NCBI GenBank assembly: GCA_035221665.1
Contig: CM069168.1
Location: 17,484,001-17,548,000 of the forward strand
Length of the DNA: 64,000 nt
Origin: Okamejei kenojei
Lineage: Eukaryota
Direction: 5' to 3'
Shown here: positions 1 through 9,900 of the stretch, piece after piece
How positions within the stretch are numbered: position 1 is the first letter of the stretch
How the letters are laid out: each line of letters opens with the position of its first letter
The notes under the pieces: model-generated
The model's input: the letters and a program-made list of their open reading frames with translations, nothing else
Database searches by the model: none
Told to the model about the DNA's origin: nothing
Position numbers and translations under genes: made by a program

Positions 1-80
1 AAGTGTGTGGAAGGGCAGATGGTTTGGGTCGGAGCTGGGCTAATCGATTGTGAAAAGCATGTCCTTATTCTTCCCTTCAG

Positions 81-852
81 TGAGGAGTCGCTGGTGATGA
101 TTGAAGAAAGTCAGAACTACCGCAGCCAGCTTCTAACCGTCATGCAGGAGACAATCCAGGATCGAGAGAACTCCTTGCAGGTGAGATCAGCCACACAGCA
201 CCTCGCTTGTTTGTATTCACTTACAACGGTTCCCCTTGCTACATTTAATTCACTTCCGTGGGGCTACATGTGCTGCCACTGATCCTGTGTTATCAAAAGG
301 TCACTGTAGGAAATGTTACTCTACGTCTGACCCTGTACCGGGACTGTGTGTTGGGAGTAAGCAGGAAGAGTTTTACCTTAAAAAAAAAGACACAAAGTGC
401 TGGAGTAACAGCGGGTCAGGCCGCATCTCTCGAGAACATTTCATGGTCGTCTCCCTTCTTCAGACTGGTGACGTTTAGGGTTGGGACCCCTTCTTCAGAC
501 TGATGTAAGGTTGACGTCGGGTTCTCTCTTCAGACTGGTAATGTTTCAGTTCGGGACCCTTCTTCTGATGCAAATGGTTCTTCAGTTTTACCAAACCTGT
601 GCTGGGTTAGAGCTACAAATGTCTGATGGAAACAGAAGTTGCGATAGCTTGTGTTGACCTCAAGACACTTATAGATCTAAGCCAGCACAGGTTAGGTACA
701 GTAAAACTCTTCTTGCATATTCCCAATGCACGCTTCCAGAAGTGGATCAAGCTCAAAGTTTACTGCCAAAAATAACAAACAAAATGTCAGCTTTCTTCAT
801 CTGTTTTTATTCCTTGTTTCAGTCACTGGATTGGAGTTGGCTGTCCAGCTAA
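81..852 (+). CDS. IKBKB: IkB kinase beta, last two coding exons (81..180 and 823..852); gene is 5'-partial
   Basis: AG/GT-bounded exon 81..180 encodes EESLVMIEESQNYRSQLLTVMQETIQDRENSLQ. It splices in phase 0 to 823 TCA CTG GAT TGG AGT TGG CTG TCC AGC TAA = SLDWSWLSS*, the NEMO-binding motif. IKBKB rather than CHUK is inferred from adjacency to POLB. Confidence 0.85.
388..570 (-). repeat. Penelope-like terminal-repeat fragment with about 4 tandem hammerhead-like units
   Basis: Degenerate units resembling GACGTTT.GGGT.GGGACCCTTCTTCAGACT at about 434, 466, 511 and 536. Confidence 0.6.
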
Positions 853-1542
853 GAGGGAGAAGGCAGTGGAGGTGGATGTCTTTGATCAGCGGTGAACACA
901 AGCCTGCCTCCCACCCACGTGGACTTGCAGTTCATCAGCTCCTCTTGTCTTGTAAAGAAACGACATCCCGCACTCTTACCGAACTGGTGACCAGTGCCAG
1001 GAAACACGATTCTCTAGCCTGATGCTCTAATCCTTCCTAACTCCTGGAACCAGGAAAAAAAACAATCTGATGAAGGGTCTTGATCTGAAACTTCACCCAT
1101 TCCTTCTCATCAGAGATGTTGCCGGTTCCGCTGAGTTACCCCAACATTTAGTGTCTATCTTCGGAAATCAATCAGCTCCTGGAAACCATCCCAGGAGGAC
1201 ACTTCGCAACATGTCCGGCAGAGAGCTTGGGTCTGTTCTGTGCTGTACTGTTCTATGTCCTAAAGATCCTAAATGCCTCTCGGTCAGCCTTCTCCATGGT
1301 GTGGCTCTTGTGGGAGAAGGGCTGTTCCATCTTGTGTTGGGATGGCAGGGTAGTGGGAGCACGCCGCTACACAGGACTACACTGGCCGGAAGACTTCTGA
1401 TTCCAGCTTATTGCTCATTCCGCAGGAGGCTTGTGATAAAGTGTTCCGCTCGAACAGGTTGCAGACATGGCTAATGACTAATTGTAGTAAAACATGTAAT
1501 CAATGCACTGCACAGATCCACCAGCAAACTATTTTTACTATA

Positions 1543-1548
1543 AATAAA
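1543..1548 (+). terminator. Candidate poly(A) signal of IKBKB
   Basis: AATAAA about 690 nt after the stop codon, followed by T/GT-rich sequence. Confidence 0.5.
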
Positions 1549-1984
1549 ATTCCGTTTTATGTGCCTTATAAAAGTGCAGCCACAATCTTATCTGTATGCA
1601 ATGTTGTAGACAAGTGATGCCATTGAAAAGCTGATGTTTTAACTAAGGAGTCACCTTTGCAGATGTAGGTGAGTCTATTATATACACCAAGGTGCAAAAA
1701 TATGGAGACCCAAGAGACTGCAAATGCTCGAGTCTTGTGCAAAAACAAAGTGCTGGAAGAACTCAGCGGGCCAGGCGGCATCTGTGGAGGAAAATGGACA
1801 GATGATGTTTCAAGTTAGGATATGCCTTCGGACTGATGGAATACAGGGGAGAAAAGTGAGAGGGAGGGGAGGGGTAAGAACAGCTGTTCCCTCACCTCCT
1901 TACCAGCTTTCTTCGCTCCAGTGAAGAAGGGTCGCATCTGAAACATCGTCTGTCTATTTCACCCCACGGATGCTGCCTGATCCA

Positions 1985-2355
1985 CTGTGGTGAGAGATGG
2001 AGGCAGTAATAATGTGTGGTCCTCACCTTTCACCCACCAGCCTTCCGCATCCATTCTCCGACATTTCCGCCACCTTGAATGTGATCCCGCCACTGCTCAC
2101 ATCTTCCTGCCATCACCCCTTTCTGCAGGAGGTAGGGACAATGCTCTCCAGAAGTCTCACTGACTCTGCCCCCTCTCCAAGCACTTTCCCCAGCAACCTC
2201 TGGGGATATAACACCTGTCCCTACACCTCCTCACTCAACTCCATCTTCTAGGGACCCCAGTAATCCTTCCAGGTGAGGCAGAGGTTCATGTGCACTTCAT
2301 CAAACCTCATCTCCTCCATGCAGTACTCCTGATGTGGTCTTCTCTCCAACGGTGC
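1985..2355 (+). mobile_element. Degraded Penelope-like ORF fragment (region leading into the GIY-YIG domain)
   Basis: 2267..2353 reads FQVRQRFMCTSSNLISSMQYS*CGLLSNG, similar to [20 protein letters not shown] in the better copy at 33153..33455. Confidence 0.6.
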
Positions 2356-3349
2356 GGCCAAGCAGTTGCCAGGGCCTGGGTCCAGAGCCTGAGGCCCGAG
2401 CTGGGGCTAGGTCGGTCCCCGAGGCGATGTCCCGGGATGGAGGTCCCAGCAAGATCAAAACCATAACCCTAATGCAACTACAGTTCCTTCCTACACATTT
2501 CAAAATACTAATGGTAACTGATAACCTTTTCTTACACAGACTATTCATAATTTGATCTATCATGTATACAACATAATTATTTATCTGATCTTATCTTCAA
2601 CTGACATCCTAAACCAGTTGAATTTGCTTGTGTTGTTAGAGTATTGTCTTTCTAAGACTGGAAAACTGCCTGGGCTGGAAATCAGGGGAGAACTTTGTAT
2701 ATTGGGGCTTAGAAGATATTTCTTATCACGTCCTCTTGGCTCATGAGTACCATAACGCTAGCTAGATAAAGGAACTAATATCAGAAGAGATCATGCGGCT
2801 TAAAGCAGGGTCTCCATTGCAAAAATGCAAGGCTGAGGATCGAGAAAGTCAAGGTAGACATAAATGCTGGAGAAACTCGACCTGGAACGCCACCTATTCC
2901 TTCGCTCCATAGATGCTGCCTCACCCGCTGAGTTTCTCCAGCTTTTTTGTCTACCTTTGATTTTTCCAGCATCTGAGGTTCTTTCTTAAACAAGAGTCAA
3001 GTGTGTTTCATTGTCATATGTCCCAGACAGAACAATGAAATTCGTACTTACAGAATATGTAAACATAGTACACTGTAAACAATATGATAAACGAGAGAGA
3101 AACAAATAAATTAAATAATGATTGGGGAGTGAAGAATGTGGAGAGAGAGCTGATGAGATTGGGGTGACATTGTGAACCCTTGTTTAACATCTCCTGCAGC
3201 ACTCTGACCCCGGGCCCAGGACATTGCCCCAGACCCCAGCCCCCGACCTTGCTGGGACCCCCATCCCAGGACCGGCCTCGTGGACCGACCTAGCCCCCAA
3301 CTCGAGCCCCAGGCTCCAGGCCCGGGCCCTGGGACTAGGCCCCCCGCCC

Positions 3350-3363
3350 GTTGCCATGGCGAC
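3350..3363 (+). promoter_or_regulatory. RFX X-box in the ENKD1 CpG-island promoter
   Basis: GTTGCCATGGCGAC, 13/14 match to the X-box palindrome GTTGCCATGGCAAC. It lies in a CpG-rich block (~3240..3520) ahead of a centrosomal/ciliary gene. Confidence 0.7.
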
Positions 3364-3364
3364 C

Positions 3365-3500
3365 GCCGCCGTTGCCGGCCGGGACGGGAGCGGCTGCCAT
3401 GACGATGACGATGGCGATGGCAGCGTGCGCGTCCCCGCGGCCGGGAGTGCGTGCGTGCGTGCGTACGTGCCGGCGGTTGGACGGTGACGCCGGAGCGGCG
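3365..3500 (+). other. ENKD1: Probable 5' UTR first exon of ENKD1 (start approximate)
   Basis: CpG-rich segment ending in a strong donor GCG|GTGAGT at 3500/3501. The next exon (6864) starts with an acceptor 17 nt upstream of the ATG, so an upstream exon is required. Confidence 0.6.
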
Positions 3501-3519
3501 GTGAGTGCGCCCCGGGGAC

Positions 3520-5260
3520 GGGCAGTGGGACAGGGGGTAGAGGGTTGGGGGGGCCAGTGGGGGGGGTAGAGGGTTAGGGGGGGGGCAGTGGGACAGGGGG
3601 TAGAGGGTTAGGGGGGGCAGTGGGACAGGGGTGGGGGTTAGTAGGGGTTAGGGGGGGCCAGTGGGACAGGGGTAGAGGGTTAGAGGGTGGGGGGCCAGTG
3701 GGGGGGGCAGTGGGACGGGGTAGAGGGTTAGGGGGGCAGTGGTAGAGGGTTGGGGGGGGCAGTGGGACGGGGTAGAGGGTTGGGGGGGGGCAGTGGAGGG
3801 TTGGGGTAGAGGGTTAGGGGGGGGGACAGTGGGACTAGGGGTAGAGGGTTGGGGGGGGACGGGGGCAGTGGGACAGGGGGTAGAGGGTTAGGGGGGACAG
3901 TGGGGGGGGTAAGTGTACGGGCAGTGGTACAGGGGGTAGAGGGTTAGGGGGGGGCAGTGGGACGGGGGTAGAGGGTTTTAGGGGGGGGGGGGGGCAGTGG
4001 GACAGGGGGTAGAGGGTTAGGGGGGGCACATGGGGGGACGGGCAGTGGTACAGGGTGGGGTAGAGGGTTGGGGGAGGGCAGGGGACAGGGGGGGAGAGAC
4101 AGGGGGTAGAGGGTTAGGAGGGACGGGCAGTTTGGGACAGGGGGTAGAGGGTTAGGGAGGACAGGGGGACTGTCAGTGGGACAGGGGGTAGAGGGTTGGG
4201 GGGGGACGGCAGTGGGACAGGGGACAGGGTAGAGGGTTGGGGGGGGGGCAAGTGGACAGGGAGGTAGAGGGTTAGGGGGGGGATGGGGCAGTGGACAGGG
4301 GGTAGAGGGTTAGGGGGGGGACATGGGATGTAGTGGGGGACAGGGGGACTAAGAGGGGGGGTGGGGGGGACGGGCAGGCGTGAACAGGGGGTAGAGGGTT
4401 AGGGGGGGATGGGGGGGGCAGTGGGACAGGGGTAGAGGGTAGGGGACATGGGGGACGGGCAGTGGGGGACAGGGGGTAGAGGTTAGGGGGGGGACAGTGG
4501 GCAGTGGGAAGGGGTAGAGGGTTAGGGGGGCGGGGACCGGCAGTGGGAACAGGGGGTAGAGGGTTGGGGGGGGACGGGGCAGTGGGACAGGGAAGCAGGA
4601 GGGAACAGGTTAGGGTGGGAGTGGGACAGGGTGGGTAGAGGGTTAGGGGGGGGACGGGGCAGTGGGACAGGGAGCAGAGGGTTAGGGTGGAATGGGGCAG
4701 TGGACAGGGAGCAGAGGGTTAGGGTGGGACGGGGCAGTGGGACAGGGAGCAGAGGGTTAGGGTGGGACGGGGCAGTGGGACAGGGGGTAGAGGGTTAGGG
4801 GGGACGGGGCAGTGGGACAGGGAGCAGAGGGTTAGGGTGGGAGCGGGGCAGGTGGGACAGGGGTAGAGGGTTAGGGGGGGAACGGGGCAGTGAGACAGGG
4901 AGTAAGAGGGTTAGGGTGGGGACGGGAACAGTGGGACAGGGAGCAGAGGGTTAGGGTGGGACGGGGCAGTGAGGACAGGGGCAGAGGGTTAGGGGGGGAT
5001 GGGGCAGTGGGACAGGAGGAGAGGGTTGGGGGGGGGCGGGGGACAGTGGGACAGGGGGTAGACGGTTAGGGGGGGACAGGGGGGCAGTGGGACAGGAACG
5101 GGTAGAGGGTTAGGGTAGGACGGGGGGTAGAGGGTTAGGGGGGACGGGGGGGGCAGTGAGACGGGGGGGTAGAGGATTGGGGGGGACGGGGCAGTGGGAC
5201 AGGGGGTAGAGGGTTGTGGGGGACGGGGCAATGGGACAGGGGGTAGAGGTTAGAGGCAGG
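3520..5260 (+). repeat. G-rich minisatellite, ~35-40 bp unit GGGGCAGTGGGACAGGGGGTAGAGGGTTAGGGGGGGAC
   Basis: Dozens of imperfect tandem units, many containing TTAGGG; followed by two or three copies of a ~200-230 bp G-rich unit to ~5700. Confidence 0.9.
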
Positions 5261-6319
5261 AGAGGGTGGGGTGGACGGGGCTAGGGGGGTAATAGGATGC
5301 AGGGGACAGGAGGATAGAGGGAGGTTAGGGATGGGGGGGAGGTGGGGGAGAGGGTTAGGAAGGTTGAGGGGTGGGGGGGGGGCTAAAGACAGGGTCAGGG
5401 AGGGACATGATGTAGGGGTACAGGAGGATAGAGGGGACAGGAGGGTAGGGGCAGGAAGGCAGGAGAGAGTGTGGGGGAGGTAGGATTGAGGGGTGGGATG
5501 GACGGGGCTGGGGGGGTAATTGGATGCAGGGGGCAGGAAGATAGAGGGGACAGGAGGATAGAGGGAGGTAGGGATGGGGGAGACAGGGTTAGGAGGGTTG
5601 AGGGGGGTGGGGGGGCGACATGATGTTGGGGTACAGGAGGGTAGGGGCAGGGTAGGCATAGAGAGTGTGGGGGGAGTTAGGATTGAGAGGGTGGGGTGGA
5701 CGTGGGGCTCGGGGGAAAGTGAAGACAGGGTGGTTGGATAGGAAAGGACATGAGGGTAGGGACCTGGGGGAAAAGTGCCCGGGGCAGGGTGGGCTGGAAC
5801 GGTGGCAGGGTTACGGGTAGGGGGCCAGGAGTAAGGGTAGATGATGTGTGCCTTGGGGGGGGGGGGGGGGGGGGAGAGAGGGGAGGCTGAGGGGAAGGCA
5901 GTAGACTTACAGGTAGAGGGATGGGCAAGGGGGAAGGGTTAGGGGTAGAGGGCAAGGGCAGTGGATGGGGGGCTGGGGGCCAGGGTCAAGGGCAAAGGTC
6001 AGGAGATGATGAGCCGGGGCAGGAAGCAGGGTTACAGGTAGGGACCAAGGGCAATGGAAGAGCAAAATGACGGTGGTCTGCGCAGACGGTAGGGTAGAGG
6101 GCAGGGGTGGCAGTGAGCTCGGGGTGAGGCCGAGAACCCCCCGTCGACCATCCTTATTTTGACTTAAGGTAATCAAAGATATGGAATAAGGTTGAGGTGG
6201 AAATCAGACCTCCAATTAAATAGCATAATATGTTTGAACTGTAAACAAAGTGCTGGAGGAACACGTCGGGTCAGGCAGCAACTGTGGTGGGAAATGGACA
6301 GACACCATTTTCACAAGTT

Positions 6320-6620
6320 ATGGGAGTAGAATTAGGCCATTCGGCCCAACGAGTCCACTCCGTCATTCAATCATGGCTGATCTCTGCCTCCTAATCCAAT
6401 GTCCCCCCTGTCTTCTCCCCTTAACCCTTGACACCTGTTCTAATCAAGAAATCGTCCATCTCTGCCTTAAAAATATCCACTGACTTGGCCTCCACCGCCC
6501 TCTGTGGTAATGAGTTCCACAGATTAACTACCCCCTGACTAATGAAGTTCCCCCTCACCTCCTTTCTAAAAGAGTGCCCTTTAATTCTGAAGCTGTGACC
6601 TCTGGTCCTAGTCTCTCCCA
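6320..6620 (-). mobile_element. CR1 LINE 3' fragment
   Basis: ORF 6421..6621 [39 protein letters not shown] is a typical CR1 ORF2 C-terminus. Confidence 0.85.
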
Positions 6621-6880
6621 CGTGGTTTTGGCCCTTTCAGACTGATGATAGATGAGGTTTGACATTATCGGCTCAGTCTGAAGAAGGGTCACCTGACTCT
6701 CAAAACATGCTGTGTCTTTCCGTTTCCCTGCACAGATGCTGCCTGACCCGCTGTATTCCTCCAGCTCTTTGTATTTTGAGAGCAGCATCTTTGTAAGGCT
6801 AAATGGATTCTCCGCCTTTGCTCCTCTCTTTAACCAAGTTACTTTGACAACACTCTGTTACAGCATTATCAGCAAAGAAA

Positions 6881-6965
6881 ATGTCTGAAGGACCCTCCAA
6901 CATATCTGGCCCTATTCCACCAGATCCAACGCTGTTCCCAGACTTTTACCGGCGTCCGATATCAG
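6881..6965 (+). CDS. ENKD1: ENKD1 coding exon 1
   Basis: MSEGPSNISGPIPPDPTLFPDFYRRPIS; donor GTGAAT. Confidence 0.9.
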
Positions 6966-9900
6966 GTGAATTATTATTCCGTTTTTTTTTCCAGGTGAAT
7001 TGCTCAAATTTTCCACTTTTGTAATGTTGTGTACATATCACCAGCCTGATATGGGTGGCCTTTTAAAGCAAGGAGGCAGAACTACTGGGTGGCAAAAAGG
7101 GGGAAAAATATCAGGTTGTCACGCCAGGATACAAGCTTTCTGTCTTTATTTACAACAGGAAATTGTATTGCAACACAAAGTTAAGGAAGGCGTTGGGAGT
7201 AAGAAAGAAGACAACAAAATTAATTTTCTTATAGTAGACACAAAAATAAATTCTTTATTTGTCAATAAAAATAGAAAATGCTAGACGTATATTCAAAACA
7301 AGACAGTTAATAATCCATCAGGAAGTGGTCTCGACCTGGAATCGTCACCGTGTTGCTTCTCTCCAGAGATGCTGATCTGACCGCTGAGTTTACTCCAGCT
7401 TTTTGTGTCCTTTGACGAGAAACAGTTAACAGATCCAGTGTCGTTGATCAGCTGTTCACTTTGTTAAATTAACAAACGGATGGATTTGCTGTAAGCGTCA
7501 CTGTGTTGGAACACGGTGAAGAATCTAATGGGATGGGGGTTCTTTTTAATAAATTGGTTAAAGATGTTTTTATGGAAATAGTGAGAACCTGTTGCGAATA
7601 CAAGGCAGACATTGGGATGATATGTGGATGTTGAATGAAATTTAATCGCAGTAGAGAGGTGGCTTTCTTAACTCCCCATTTTTTATCGGACCTGGTTTAC
7701 CAATTGATGTGATCTTTTTCTGGTGCCTTTCTTTTCGTGGGTGGTTCCTATTGATCTGTAAAGTGACAGAGAAATGTCTGTAATTGATTACCAATAGCTA
7801 TCCCGTGGGAGGCGAGTTGTACGGGGGGGGGGGGGAATGTTGACTGGGGAGGTGTTTGTTGCTCGGGGGCGTGTTACAGGGTGTGGGGCGCGTTGCACGG
7901 GGTGGTAGTATGCTGCACAAAGGACTGGTGATTCTGGTGAAGGTGATGAATCATGAATGTTGGCTCGCTGGTTAATGATTCTAACTTATTTATTAACCTG
8001 TCCTGAACATTGTGTGATTTACCATTGAGAAATGTAACCCCTGGTCTAATCTGTGCACTCGAGGCAAGACTGTAGCTGCATGGCTACCTTCAGTGCCTGT
8101 CCAAATTTCACTACCAATCAATACCCAACGGCCGCTGCAGGGATGGAATAACTGGCTGTAACAAACTCAGCCTAAGCATCCCACCAGTTGAATGATCAAT
8201 TTGGCTTGCTTTCTGTACAGTTTCTATTGATTGCCCATCTAAGTTTAAGAAAGAACTGGCAGATGCTGGTAAAATTGAATTCTGCACATTAAAAAGCTGG
8301 AGAAAACTCAGCGGGTGAGGCAGCATCTATAGAGAGGAAGGGAATTGAAGACGTTTTTTTCTGGAATTGTGATCTCCGACCGAAACCGTCCAAGCAATCG
8401 ATTTCTCCCCATAGATGCTGCCACACTCGCTGAGTTTCTCCAGCATTTTGTGTCTACCTCCCATCTAAGTTTAATTTCCTTCTGTTTCTGCCCGCAGCTC
8501 GGGGAAGGTTAGAAGGGAACAGCCTAAAGCTAGACTTCCTCACAGGACCACTGGCTCCGGACCCCACTTTGTACCCGTCATGCTACAGTGCCCGTCTGCC
8601 CCGGCCAGCCCCTCGTGTACGTGCGGACGCCCGGGAGATCCTCGAGAGGGGGCAGAGGGGCTCTGTGGGCGTGCTGCTGCAGTTGGAAGGAGTGTCCCTG
8701 CACAGGCAGCCTGCACCAAGAAGTTAGTGGACTCTTTTACTGCTTACATCTGTGTATCCTTCAGCAACAACAAGCAACTGCAGATGCTGCTTTACAAAAA
8801 TAGGCACACAGAGTTGGAGTAACTCAGAAGGTCAGTCAGTTGGGATCGCCCAACTTTACACTCCCAAAATAATGGACAAAAGGTCTAAAATACGGGACCA
8901 AAATTCCCGATGGCAATTAGATTGGACCCGACTCGGCTCGTGGCCTGGGTGTGAGTTCGGCCCGGGTTGCAGGGAACGCACACAATGACCCAGCCGGGGC
9001 CAGCTGAGGAGTTGGCACCCCATCCAACTCAGGAACCGGATGATCAGCGTGAGTAGGAGGGGTGTGTTGGGGTGGTGTCGGGTGGTATAAGCGGAGGTCC
9101 GAAGGGCGGACAGCTGGCTGGGCAGCCGACGGACGGGGCCACGGGCGAGGCGCTGCTGCTGCTGCATTCCGTGGGCTGCCACTACGTGGGACGGGTGAGG
9201 TAGGGAACGGGAGGTCAGCAGCACTCCGACCCGACAGTCCCCTCGACCAAGAGTAATGTGCATAGTCAATTACGGGAGGTGACCGGTTTCCGGGACAAAC
9301 AAAATTTTAGCCCTATATATGGGATGTCCCGACTAATACAGGACAGTTGGCAACCCTATCAGTCAGCATCTCTGGTGAAAACATGGATGTTGATGTTTTG
9401 GGTGGTGCCCTTCCTCAGGTCCTGAGCTGAAATGATACCATATCCTTGTTCTTCCAGAGATGTTGCCCTGACCCTCTGAGTTACTCCAACTCTTTGTGTA
9501 TCTCCATTAGTGTTCCCTGCAATGTCTTGTGCGGATACAGCCATTATTTGCTTATAGTGGGATATCTCCATTAATGAAAAAAAAAACATTAAAAAAACAC
9601 AGTTAATTTTATTAGCAGTGTGCTTGTAGTCTGCTGGTGTTTTGATTTGGGGAGACCTGTTTTGGATTGAAGTGTGTGTAAAATTATAAGAGGCATTGAT
9701 AGGGTAGACAGTCAAAACCTTTTTCCAGGATGGAAAAATCAAACTATCAGATGGCATAGATAAAGGAGGAGAGTGCATGGGGGACATTTTTTTTTGTACA
9801 GATGGTGGTCGGGGTCCTGGTACGCGCTGTCAGAGTGGTGGTGGAGGCAGATGTTAATAGTTAGCCGGCATTCTTTAAGGAGACTTTTGGATAGGCACTT

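Noticed and set aside
430-570. CRISPR-like short repeats
   Set aside because: Eukaryotic intron; units are diverged, have no unique spacers and derive from a retroelement terminal repeat; no cas genes.
3520-5260. Interstitial telomere
   Set aside because: TTAGGG occurs once per ~38-bp unit, not as (TTAGGG)n.
3835-5955. Proline-rich minus-strand ORFs
   Set aside because: Translations of the G-rich minisatellite.
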